DNA of 47,599 nt from Octopus bimaculoides (Eukaryota). The translations under genes were made by a program, and so were the position numbers. The stretch covers positions 82,431,553 through 82,479,151 of the forward strand of contig NC_068986.1 of assembly GCF_001194135.2 (NCBI RefSeq). The letters run 5' to 3'. Shown piece by piece: positions 1 through 12,879 of this stretch. Within the stretch, counting starts at the first letter, position 1. The number at the start of each line of letters is the position of its first letter. The notes under the pieces were generated by a model. It was not told the origin of the DNA. It made no database searches and saw only the letters and a program-made list of their open reading frames with translations.

Positions 1-1350
<1,350 letters not shown>

Positions 1351-2460
1351 AATTTGAAATCTCCTACAAAACCAGTACAATTGGACTGGCAAAATATCTT
1401 GAAACATCTAACGGCTAGATGTTAAAGCTCGTTGAAAACCATGAAAGACGTAAGAAGCTTCATTCTGTTATGAAGGAGAGCCAAAACTTTTCAAGTGAAT
1501 TTATGCATAATACCCAGGTTGAACAGCATGATGGAAGTGTAGTTTCAAAGAAGGTGAAATCAACGGCAAAGCAAAATGTGGTTGAACAATTGACCCGGAA
1601 CTATCAAGCCAATGTGATGAAAAATGGTGTAGACCCAAAGTGCCGAAACTGCAACGATGGGATAGAAATAGTCGGCCACTTAATCTCTGGACGTTAGGTT
1701 TTAGCACCTGTAGAGTACAAATCAAGACATGACTGGGTTGGCCAATATCTACATAGGATAATGTGTCGGCATTATAAAATCAAACTGCTGGCAAATGGTA
1801 CAAGCACCACCCTGAGGCTGTAACTGAGGGAGAAAATGTAACTATTCTTTGGGACTTCCCAGTATGTACTGACCGGACCATCAAAGCAAATAAACCAGAT
1901 ATTGTCTTGAAAGACCAAAACAATAAAGTCTGAATTACATGAGCATACCCTATGTCCATGATATCTCGGCAAAAGAATACGATAAGCTCAGAAAATATAA
2001 TGATTTGCTAATCGAAATCGAAAAGATGTGGTATCTCAAGACAATTACAATACCAGTGACTGTAGAAGTACTTGGAATGATCAAAAAAGAACTGAAAATT
2101 ATTTAAGAGCGATCCATGGCTTACCATCCATGCAGGAAGTGCAAAAGATTATCTTAACTGGTACGTCACATGTATTGAGAAGAGCATTGTCACTGTGAAT
2201 TTTCTTTCCATTCCCCCTTTATTTTGTTTGTTTACTTTTCTATTTTTTTATTTTTTCCTATTTCTCTCTGTCTTCCTCTTTTTCTCTCTGTCTTCCCCTT
2301 TTCTCTATCACATGATTCCGTAAATGAACAATCTGATATGTTTGTTTTAATAGCCTACCAACGTATACAGTACGTGTCTCTGACCTAGGTGTCAGGAAGA
2401 CATTCGGCAGAAATAGAAGCAGGATTGAAAGAAGATACTAATGAAAATAATAATAATAAT
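1351..2460 (+). mobile_element. Second 5'-truncated R4/Dong-like element: zinc knuckle, restriction-like endonuclease, 3' UTR, (TAA)n tail
   Basis: PKCRNCNDGIEIVGHLISG, EYKSRHDWVG, WYKHHPEAVTEGENVTILWDF, DRTIKANKPDIV (PD motif), KEYDKLRKYNDL, TGTSHVLRRALSL* ending near 2198, then a UTR and taataataataac. Confidence 0.9.
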
Positions 2461-2466
2461 AACAAC

Positions 2467-2832
2467 AACAAGAGCACTCAGAGAGGGCAAACCTCCGCAA
2501 AGGCAACATCAACGCCCTCTCATCGATTAGCCGGAGATGATTTTTAAAATGAGAATATCTGAAATAAACTCGACTGCTCTCACAAACGTGAATAGTAAAA
2601 ATGAACCCGACCGCTCTCAAAAATTAATAGAAAAAAATAACGGAAAAATAATCCAGGATCCTTTTTCTGGTACCGGATCAATCCCAAAATCTAATGGGTT
2701 CGTGCTAGTTACCAGCCCAAACATCTCTGAAAGTTTCATCCGAAACCATCCAGGGGTTCTTGAGAAGTCTTGTCCACGGACAAACAAACACGACTGAAAA
2801 CAAAATCTCCGCCTTCGCTAAGGCAGAGGTAA
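2467..2832 (-). mobile_element. Non-autonomous Helentron-type element (HINE / DINE-1-like)
   Basis: SubTIR pair acctccgc (2491-2498) and gcagaggt (2823-2830); hairpin ctccgcctt-cgct-aaggcagag (2807-2828) at one end; stem-loop gcactc-aga-gagggc (2474-2488) outside the subTIR at the other end; T-rich flanks on the minus strand; no TSD seen. Confidence 0.6.
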
Positions 2833-3052
2833 TAATAATCTTTTCTACTAAAGGAACAAGGCCTGAAATGTGGGGGGAAGGGGCAAGTCGCATCGACCCC
2901 AGTACTTGACTGGTACTTAATTATTTATCGACTCCGAAAGGATGAAATGCAAAGTCGACCTCGGCGGAATTTGAATTCAGAATGTAAAGACTGATGAAAT
3001 GCGGCTAGAAATTTTGCCCGGTGTGCTAACGATTCTGCCAACTTGCTGCCTT
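2833..3052 (-). mobile_element. tRNA-headed SINE, family A
   Basis: Reverse complement has A-box-like tggcagaatcgttag, B-box-like ttctgaattcaaattcc and central gtcgactttgcatttcatcctttcggagtcgataa (resembles the Meta/MESC domain, from recall), then a tail. Confidence 0.85.
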
Positions 3053-4577
3053 AAATTACAATAATAATAATTATAATAATCTCTTCTTTGATGACCAAAG
3101 GGCTCGAAGAGATACAGTAATACTATACACATTGACAAGAGCTTTCAAAATCGCATACAGTGGACAGGCAAGTTATAGAGAAATGAGGGAAGAGATGAAA
3201 GATTTTATAAGCTGTGTAAAGGAACAAGTTAAAAATCTCTAAAAACACGCCAATACTTACAATAAATAAAAAAAATATTGTACAGAACAGTGAAAACAAG
3301 ACATAATTTAAAAGGGATGAACATATAGTGTTCTCATCCATATACAGGTTAGAGCACTCTACGTCTCTACCAACAAGCTATTGCTTTACTGCATCCTCGT
3401 GCATCTTAAGCTGCTCAATAACATACTTTTGGTAGCCTGGGATGATGGTGTAAATATCGACTCCCGTTTTCAGCATACACCTATCTTGGTTCTTTTTGCT
3501 TTTTTATTGAGTTCATTTACCTCCTGTCCTTTGAGGGTCCCCTATATTCAAATCCCAACTGATTCTCAGTTAACACATTCCTGTTGTAACTCTTGCATCA
3601 CAAATGTGTGATTCTGCTAATCAGATACTATTCTGATCTTTGAAAGGATAGTGAATTTTGATTCTTCGTCCGTGTCGTCTTCGTTAGCCTTACTGTTCTG
3701 AGGAATGAAGCGGCAGAATCATTAGATGATTAGAGAACCTTCCACCACCACCACCACCACCACCCTCAAAAATGTTGGCCTTATGTCAATCTCAGAAATT
3801 ATTGGTGCTGTCGTTGTCTGAAGGTGTGTTTCTTCTACCCATTTGTTGATATTTTCTGCTGTTACTTCCGATTTTAAAGATTTATTTTCATTTAACATTC
3901 CTCCGGCAATTTGGAATTTTCTCTCTTCATCCATCATCTCCATCCCATCACAAGACGACGGAGTGGAGTAGTGCTGCTGCTGATTAGTGTGGTGGATACT
4001 GGGGTTTGCTGTTGTTGTTGCTATGGATACATTTCCTTAATATATATCTCTCTCTCTCAAACACACACACTCACATACACACACGCATTCACACACGATC
4101 AATAAATACTGGGTATGGTTCGGATAATGAGTCCTTCAGCTTGCTGGTCAGTTCCGGGAACCAAAGACAAAGAAATTTCTTTCTCCATAGCTGTGACTTG
4201 AACTGGCGGTATTATTGGAACCTCAGCCTCCGGACCGGCCATTGATTTTTCGTTTTCCTTTTTTGTTAGACTTTGGTGCAAGTAAAGGATGTCTTCTGCT
4301 CAGAGCTGTCAGTCTCATTGGTCGTATTTGTGGGTCACAACTCGGTACGATCCTAGAATGGTTTTGCTGTCTTTTGGAACTATAAAGACTTGTAAGTCTC
4401 TACTATCTATTCCCGACCATATGTTGTTCTTCATCACTTCGGATTTCACAAACTGTTATACTGAGCCACAAATACGACAGCGTGTGAAGGGTAATATCAC
4501 TAACAATGCCCTTCATTGTCAACCTTCTGATGCAGTAACCCATGTACTGTCGCACAAGTGTATGAAGCAGAGCAGAT

Positions 4578-4787
4578 ACTGGTTTCAAATTTTGGCATAA
4601 GGCCAGCAACTTCGGGGGAGGGGGCAAGTTGATAACATCAACTCCACTGCTCAACTGGTACTTATTTTATCTACCCATGAAAACTGAAAGGCAAAGTCGA
4701 CTCCTGGCGGAATTTGAACTCTGAACGTAAAAGACGGACGAAATACCGCTAACCATTTTGCCCGGCATGCTATCGATTCTGCCAGCT
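4578..4787 (-). mobile_element. SINE family A
   Basis: Same head, central domain and ggccttatgccaaaatttgaaacc-type tail as the other copies. Confidence 0.85.
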
Positions 4788-5334
4788 AATAGATATGAGC
4801 ACTTCAGCAGTTCTCTTGGTTTTATCTTTAGTTCCGAAAAGTATTCAAACAACAAAATACTATCCTATACATCGGCTGTCTCTTGTTTTAATTCATCTTT
4901 AGAGGGCACACAAAAAGGCACCTTTTGTTTTCGTGAGATACACATACATCCTGCTCTTGTGCAAAATTTCGGGGCAAGGAGAAACTATCACTTGTAATAT
5001 AGTCCTGTCAAACTTGTGTCTCCAATAGGAACCACCTCAAGACAAGAATCTTCGTTAGTCACAATATTAAAGAATATGTCTGTAATATTTGCATCTTGTT
5101 GTTCTTATTCAAATACACAATTATTTGAGTCAAAAACAACAGATACATTACTTTTATTATATTCGCATTTCTATTTACAATACTTTTTCATTTTTTTTGT
5201 TTGTGTGTTGTCTGTCAAATTGTTTTTCTTCTCGCGGGTGACATTTTCAAAATGCCATTTTCCCCTTAATTCGCAAATAACTCAAAACGTCCGCTCTCTA
5301 AGCCACATACATAGTAATACATCATGGCCAAAAC

Positions 5335-5342
5335 TCTGTGTA

Positions 5343-5416
<74 letters not shown>

Positions 5417-5421
5417 TGTGT
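5335..5421. repeat. (TG)n microsatellite
   Basis: Directly visible. Confidence 0.97.
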
Positions 5422-5445
5422 ACAAGCAAGATACAACTATAATAA

Positions 5446-5632
5446 AATGGTTTCAAATTTCTGCACAAGGCCAACGTTTTCGGGCGAGGGGTAAGTCGGT
5501 TACATCGTCCCCACTGCTTAACTGGTACTTATTTTATCAACCTCGAAAGTATGAAAGACAAAGTCGACCTCGGCGGGATTTGAACCCAGAATGTAAAGAC
5601 AGACGAAATACTGCTAAGCATTTTGCCCGGCA
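5446..5632 (-). mobile_element. SINE family A, 5'-truncated
   Basis: Matches the 4578-4787 copy but lacks the A-box end. Confidence 0.85.
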
Positions 5633-6519
5633 TAGAGACAAAATAAATTCTGAATGGAAAATAAACATCAAACAACGTGGAAGACAAGATAAAAATTTAG
5701 AAGAAACAATAAAGGCAATTAACCACAACGGCAGGCGGAAGCCACCAAGGAAGGATCAGATATACCTTCTCCTTTTGGCGAAGGAATCTGGGGTTTTCGA
5801 ACTCAAGCATAAACATCTTCAATTTTATCCAAACAGTAAAGTATCCTCTTTGTCTTGCGAGTGCTCCATTAACCATTGATAGAATGCTTCTGAGTGTTTT
5901 ACCAACCGTCTACCATCCAGGAGTTCTGGAGTCCATCTTTTATGTTGGCTAATAGAATGGGTTATAATATCAAGGGAGCATTCATAGTCATTAGGACAAG
6001 GATGACTTTGCAGACTTCACCTGGCCACATTCTGCTGTAGCACATATCTTCACTTGTTAACTGTCCATGCAGGGCCACAAAAGTGATAATAAACCAAAGG
6101 TATTTATAAGCAATAATATTTCTTGCTGTAACCCCGTTATTTCTCGTGCTGATATAACGCGGTTCCATCCGTGAGTCAATGTATAGGGCATGAGTCCAAA
6201 CTTCTTACGTAACATTCAGTCTTAACCAGCCACTACACACTTCCACTCTTCCTTGTTCGAGGGAGCGCACACACGCAAACGAACAAACATCGTAAATATC
6301 ATCTCACTCATTGATAAGAATTCTTCTAATTCATATCTCTACAATGAAATTGAATCCGAACTTACGCAGGTGCAAAAATAAATTCTTAAACCAAAAAGCC
6401 ACGCTTACACCCAGGTACCATACAGATCATGAAAGGGCATCGGGTATTACCAATAGCCCTAAACTTTGAGTAGCCTCACTAACCTCTAACCTAAACAATA
6501 TTTATGGCAGTGCACTTTG

Positions 6520-6650
6520 AAGGCGGAGAATTGACCCAAACGTTAGAAGGTCAGATAAAATGACTCGAGGTAGGTTCCGTTGTTCTGCGCTCTGAGTTCA
6601 AATTCTTCTGAGTTCACTTTTGCTTTTCATCCTTTTGGAGTTAATAAATA
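6520..6650 (+). mobile_element. Degenerate SINE family A (head and central domain)
   Basis: aaggcggagaattgacccaaacgttag...ctctgagttcaaatt...cttttcatccttttggagtt. Confidence 0.7.
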
Positions 6651-6866
6651 TTGGTTTCAAATTTTGGTACAAGGTCAGCGTTTTGGGGGAAGGGGATAAG
6701 ACGATTACATCGACCCCAGTGGTCAGCTGTTACCTATTTTATTGACCCCGAAAGGATGAAAGGCAAAGTCGGCTTTGGAGGAATTTGAACTCAGAACGTA
6801 GAGGCGGACGAAATGCCACTAAGCATTTTTCCCGGCGTGCTAAGGATACTGCCATCTTGCCACCTT
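6651..6866 (-). mobile_element. SINE family A
   Basis: Full head-to-tail similarity to the other family A copies. Confidence 0.85.
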
Positions 6867-7140
6867 TTGGAGTCATTAAAAATATTATCAGTTGAGTATT
6901 GAAGTCAATTCTTCTTCGTTTTCTTCGATTTCTTCTCGTAAAGTACAACCGTCATGTATAAACAATTTGAAAGCCTTTTAGTATAGTTCTTTTCAGTTAT
7001 GACTCAATTGGGGCTAACTGACAGCAACAATGAAACCAAATTCCTGCCTAGCCTGCCCTTTACGCGGCCTCTCAACATGCTAGGAATAGCAGCCAAATTT
7101 TCTTTAATATAATATTTTAAATATAGATAAAAATATTTTT

Positions 7141-7292
7141 TACATTATTTACAATTGACGGATATTCCTCCTCATCTTGTTTGTTGTTAACACAATGTTT
7201 CGGTTGATATACCCTCCAGCCTTCATCAGGTGTCTTGGGGAAATTTAGAACCTGGGTTCACATTCCTAAGGTATTTTTCGATGTTGTTGTTG

Positions 7293-7346
<54 letters not shown>
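7141..7346 (-). mobile_element. Penelope-like pseudo-LTR fragment with hammerhead motif and (AAC/AAT)n leader
   Basis: Reverse complement of 7511-7753; contains a CTGATGA...GAAAC core. Confidence 0.75.
7189..7234 (-). ncRNA. Minimal type I hammerhead ribozyme motif (stem III mutated)
   Basis: Reverse complement gacac-CTGATGA-a-ggctg-gagggtatat-caacc-GAAAC-att-gtgtt; G>A in the GUH triplet breaks the AACGTT palindrome. Confidence 0.65.
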
Positions 7347-7508
7347 NNNNNNNNNNNNNNNNNNNNNNNNNNNNNNNNNNNNNNNNNNNNNNNNNNNNNN
7401 NNNNNNNNNNNNNNNNNNNNNNNNNNNNNNNNNNNNNNNNNNNNNNNNNNNNNNNNNNNNNNNNNNNNNNNNNNNNNNNNNNNNNNNNNNNNNNTCCAGG
7501 CAGTGACT

Positions 7509-7510
<2 letters not shown>

Positions 7511-7584
<74 letters not shown>

Positions 7585-7790
7585 CAACAACAACAACAAC
7601 AATAACAGCAACATCGAAAAATACCTTAGGAATGAGAACCCAGGTTCTAAATTTCCCCAAGACACCTGATGAAGGCTGGAGGGTATATCAACCGAAACGT
7701 TGTGTTAACAACAAACAAGATGAGGACAAATATCCGTCAATGTAAATAACGTACATAATTCCTCATCTCTTAAATATAGAACTGTATAGA
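7511..7790 (+). mobile_element. Penelope-like pseudo-LTR fragment with hammerhead motif
   Basis: (AAT)n(AAC)n, then catcgaaaaataccttagg...gacacctgatgaagg...gaaacgttgtgtt...aaatatagaactg. Confidence 0.75.
7661..7706 (+). ncRNA. Minimal type I hammerhead ribozyme motif
   Basis: gacac-CTGATGA-a-ggctg-loop-caacc-GAAAC-GTT-gtgtt: stem I gacac/gtgtt, stem II with one mismatch, palindromic stem III AACGTT. Confidence 0.75.
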
Positions 7791-7859
7791 TAAACACATT
7801 AAACAGTACATTCTCTGATAAGCACAAACACTATAACGACTTCCATGATAGGTCTGCCA

Positions 7860-7988
7860 GACGGCGAACTGGTAGAATCGTTAGCGCGTCGAACAAAATG
7901 TACCATTTGAGCACTGGGGTCGATTTAATCGACTATAATCCCCCACCCCTAAAATTGCTGGCCTTGTACCAAAATTTGAAAGTATTAT
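7860..7988 (+). mobile_element. Internally deleted SINE family A (head fused to tail)
   Basis: ggcgaactggtagaatcgttagc...aaaatg joined directly to taccatttgagcactggggtcgat...ggccttgtaccaaaatttgaaa. Confidence 0.7.
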
Positions 7989-8309
7989 CGGTCTACTTAT
8001 TGGAAAACTGCTTTGGTGCTAAATAATAACTTCATACTAGTCCAGGAAATATTTGTAAGTTCTTAGTGTAGGCCTTTCTGGAACAGTAATGTATTCCTTG
8101 TAGAATGCACGCAGACTAAATGTAGCATAAGAGCTGCATTCATTCAGAAAAGAAGTAAATGTCAGTGGCTTGGAAATCTTAGTCTCGCTGATGGTTACTC
8201 ACTCAGCCACCTCCATCACAAACCCACAGATACATGCGCACGCGCGCACAAACACATACACACACACAGTGATTCACATACACACTCACACATGCGCACA
8301 AGCACTGGT

Positions 8310-8355
<46 letters not shown>

Positions 8356-9110
8356 GGATGTGTCTATGTATGCATAAAGGCAACAAGATCGAAGAAAGAA
8401 TGCATATTAGAAACACGCTCATATATCTACCCACACTTACGCGCGCACATACGACATACAAACACAGAGACTGCTAGATAATTTATCCACACACAGATAG
8501 GCAAAATCTACACTCTCGGTTGTTGCTCAGGTTACTTTCATAGAGCAGACACATATCAAAGCATTCCAACTGGGACCAACCTGTCTTTTTTTGTATCTTT
8601 GACTACGTCATCTAATGCTTCTTTCTTTTTTGTTTTGTAAGACGATAATATGTGATTCCATGGAATTTAACTGCTATTTTTTTTGCCAGACGAACTGCTG
8701 CGTACAGGCTCCTTTGCTGGTTTATTTTACCCTCGATGTAATTAAGTCAATTGGGGTCGTTGTTTGTTGGAAAGAAAGAAAGAAAAACGAAAGGAAATTT
8801 GCCAACTTGCTGAGTCGATGTAATAGCGCCCGGCTGGAGAAAAACTCGAAAGTGTCATCATCAATCATAGACATAATAATGAACACGAAAGCTTAGCTAA
8901 TTGCTATAATACTCCATCTGAAAAATACAGAGTAGTACAATTTTATAAGGTTTCCTGTGAGTGATTCTAAGCTTCAAAGCTGAGTTTATATCAAATTGCT
9001 GGAATAATTGTACATTTATCAGTTATTTAGATATCACACCTTAATACCCAGTTGTATATAAGAGAGAAATACAATCAATTAATGGTTTTAGACCTAATCC
9101 ATCACCTTGT

Positions 9111-9285
9111 TTAACACCACCAGGAGGTCCTTGTTTACCTTATGCAGCGTCCACTGTGTAGTCACTCAATTTAACACCACCATCTGGTCATTGGGTGACT
9201 TTAGCAGAGTTCACTCAGTTGTCATCCATTTTAATACCACCAACTAGTCATTGAGTACTTTTAGTAAAGTTCAATCACGGACAAA
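9111..9285. repeat. Degenerate 60-bp tandem repeat, about 3 units
   Basis: ttaa(c/t)accacca starts at 9111, 9171 and 9231, an exact 60-bp period. Confidence 0.75.
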
Positions 9286-10590
9286 CACAGATTTCCAGTC
9301 GGGTAAAAGTTCTCTTCAGTTGTTGAGATCTACAGAAAAAAAGTAGAAAGGTTCGTTGTGGCCGTCATGTATTTTCCCCTTATTGTTAACTAGAAGGGTA
9401 GGGTAAAATAACTTCAAACAGGGACAAATCGGTTCAACTCTCTTTCTAAACTTCCCATATTCAACTTCTATCCCACTTCTACTAAAGTTATCCTTCATAG
9501 AGTTATATTTTGTCTGTGATTTCTTTGTTTATTGTTATTGTTAAGCAGAAACATGTCCCTTTTTAATATCACACCGCTCTTTGCTTCTTAAAATTTTCTG
9601 TGTAGATTCTATCTACATACAACATATGCGCATCAGCTGCCGAGCATAACACAATAAGTTCTACAAACAAATGCATAGACAAAAACATTTCGAATGAAAT
9701 TAGGATAACCTAAGATTGCTCAAAAGTACACAAAGGGTCGCAAATATCTCAAGAAAATACATAAACATTCAGACTCCCTGCTCTGTAACGTAGCAAGGAA
9801 AAGGGCGTGGAAGCTGAGCGAGGTGGAAATCTTAAGGTTTGCCAGGCGACACACACTAGCTATGCCGCTGTCTCTAATCAGCAAACAGCAAAACACCTCC
9901 ATATTCTTTGTAAAGGTTACGCTTGATAATCTTCGTTATTTTTCATAGTAAACACAGGTATGTATATAACAACTCATCGTTCTGAAGTTTGAGCTTTGAC
10001 TTCAGGCATAAAGAGGTGTTCAAGTCTTGCTTGTTACCGACTTGCAAAGGTGCAAATTCTCCCTGCATTCCGACAGTAATGATAGTAGGAATAATGTCCC
10101 GACTACAAACACGAATACTCTAGATTACACCCTGCATCCAGCGGACAAGCAAACATTCCCATATCAATGTGTTATAACGAGTAGCAGACGCGCGCGCGCG
10201 AAGCATGTCCTCCTGCAGTCTTTTCTACACTCGTGTGTGTATATGCTTGCGCGCGCCTTTCTCTATACTTACATGCATATGTATGTAAGTATGCATGTAT
10301 TTGTGTATGTATATATATACATATACGTATATATGTGTGTGTGCAAAAGTATACACACGAAAACACACATGCACACACATGCACAGAGTAATGCACACAC
10401 ATGCACAGAGTAATGCACACACATGCACAGGGTACATAATAATTAGCTCTTTTGCTGTTTTTCACCAAACGTGCTCAATGAATATCCAAAGAAATTTGGA
10501 AGTATACGGGGCTACGACATCAAGTGAAAGAATAAATTTTCTGATACAAGATAGAACAGAAATTTATGTGATCAATATATCTCGCCATAT

Positions 10591-11038
10591 AAGGCGGCGA
10601 GCTGGCAGAAACGTTAGCACGCCGGGTGAAATGCTTAGCGGTATTTCGTCTGTCTTTACGTTCTGAGTTCAAATTCGCCGAGGTAGACTTTGCCTTTCAT
10701 CCTTTCGGGATCGATAAATTAAGTACCAGTTACGCACTAGGGTCAATGTAATCGACTTAATCTCTTTGTCTGTCCTTGTTTGTTTCCTCTATGTTTAGCC
10801 CCTTGTGGGCAATAAAGAAAGAAGAAACGTTCGCACGCCGGGCGAAATTCTTAACAGTATTTCGTCTGCCGTTACGTTCTGAGTTCAAATTCCACCGAGG
10901 TAGACTTTACCTTTCATCCTTTCGGGGTCGGTTGAATAAGTACTAGTTACGCACTGGGTCGATGTAATCGACTTAATCCCTTTGTCTGTCCTTGTTTGTC
11001 CCCTCTACGTTTAGACCCCTGTGGGCAATAAAGAAATA
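10591..11038 (+). mobile_element. Dimeric SINE family A (tail A + tail A) with 17-bp TSD
   Basis: Two tandem units; the second starts at gaaacgtt (about 10824). Flanks aatatatctcgccatat (10574-10590) and aatagatctcgtcatat (11039-11055) differ at 2 positions. Confidence 0.9.
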
Positions 11039-12879
11039 AATAGATCTCGTCATATGTCTTTCTATGGCAGTAGTCAATGCGCTGGATTTTAGATATACTC
11101 CAGAATATTGAGAACGCTGAACACATATTTTACTCTCTCCGCCTTTATACTCCACTTTTATTTCCTCCGATACTACAACTAACGTCCCTGTATCATCACA
11201 ACTATCTCGGTAGCGCTATCCACTCAATTACACAGTCAATTTTTACCAAATATAGAAGAAAAAATTGTTTAAATAACTTCATTTCTCTTCGGCTGCCACC
11301 TAATATTAACGACCTTGCTAACAGCTTCATCGCTATCATCTTATCACACCAAGAAAGACAACCCCCGCGTCCTCACACAACGATTTGTTGATATATAGCC
11401 ATACAGATAAGGTTCTTGTTTTAAAAATAGTAATGCTAAAATCTATTCTATCAAATTAAAGAAAGTTAAAAAATATACAACTTTCCTCCTAATCTTGTGT
11501 GATACCAAAAGTCTGCATTTCTGGAGAAGAAATAAATATTGGCTGAACTAATTTGTTTGTTTTCTCACCAGTTTGAGCGCCAAGAAATAAACAACGACAT
11601 TTATTGACGAGCCCATGACAGAGCCTTTATATTATCACTCGAATTGGTAGCTAAATTACCCTCGAACAACAAAACACTATCTTAAAAAATGAAAAAGCAC
11701 ATTAAACAATGCAGCTCTACATTCATTAAAAAAAAATATGGGATGGTCACAGCAAGAATGTCTTTGATGAGAAGTTGCTAAATCAGAATTGACATCGAAC
11801 TTCACTCTTTGTCTATCCAAATAATTTTCATAAGTTCGTCTTAAGCCTCTAGGCTCGTTTTCAGATTTTTAATTAGTTCTGAGCAATATAAAATTTTCCT
11901 TCTAAGGAGTTCCAGTTTAATTCTGGTGGCTGAAAACAAAATTGGGAATGCGTATCACATATGATGCATTTAAGCCATGGAAATATGTTCTGCGCATCAC
12001 GTGAAACAAGGGACAGCCGAGGGGTTAAACAGTAATACTCCAACAACAACATCAGCGATGTTTATTTCTCACGATAGCTTGGTTATTGGCGCGAGGTTAA
12101 TCAGTAGGTTTAGTGAATTTTCTCTAATCTCGCCAACCCCTACACACGCCCCTGAAGGTCAGGTAGAAAAAAAATCTTTAACACAAATTCTTTCTTTGCC
12201 GGGACTGTAAATATTTTCTTTGGTAGTGAAAATAAATAGAAACGGCTCTTGCAGTGCGTCTGCTTTACGCATGAACAACTCCCTGTTTGAAATGGTCTCA
12301 AGTTTCCCACACATACTCACACATGTCAATTCAGAATAGAATGAGATGTTTATAATAATTGTAGCATATTTGATAAAGAATTAAGTCACAACGAAGCCCA
12401 ATTTGTAAGATGAGCCGTAAATATATTAGATATTTTATATTGTTAGAAACTTGTCTGTCTAGCTATTTTGTTACAGTACGGGATGATCAGCTTCAATGTC
12501 AACAGATATATGTACATGTGGGTGTTTGTATACTTATGTGTGTGCATATGCGTAGTAAATATGTAGGTATGCGCGCGCGCACGCACACACATATACATGT
12601 ACATGCCAACACACACACAGAATAGAGTTTAAAGTGTTTTAGAGAACATCTAGCTATTAGTTTGTAAATAAAGTGAAAAATATAAACAAAGTCAACTATT
12701 TATCCTTTTCTTCTATATCTAAAAATTTCCGCGTTAAAAAGCTTTTATAAAAAGAAAATAGGAGGTTTAACTTAACTCTGATGTGCATAAACATGTAAGG
12801 ATGAGAATGTAGTTGATACATATTCAGATTGGAAATGTTATATTAATCACATAGCTTCCTATAACTCATACCTGTTGTT

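Noticed and set aside
5016-5879. 287-aa ORF
   Set aside because: Read-through of AT-rich sequence, a (TG)n run and an antisense SINE; no domain motif.
10591-10680. tRNA genes at SINE heads
   Set aside because: They have A- and B-box-like motifs but no complete cloverleaf, and they continue into repeat bodies.
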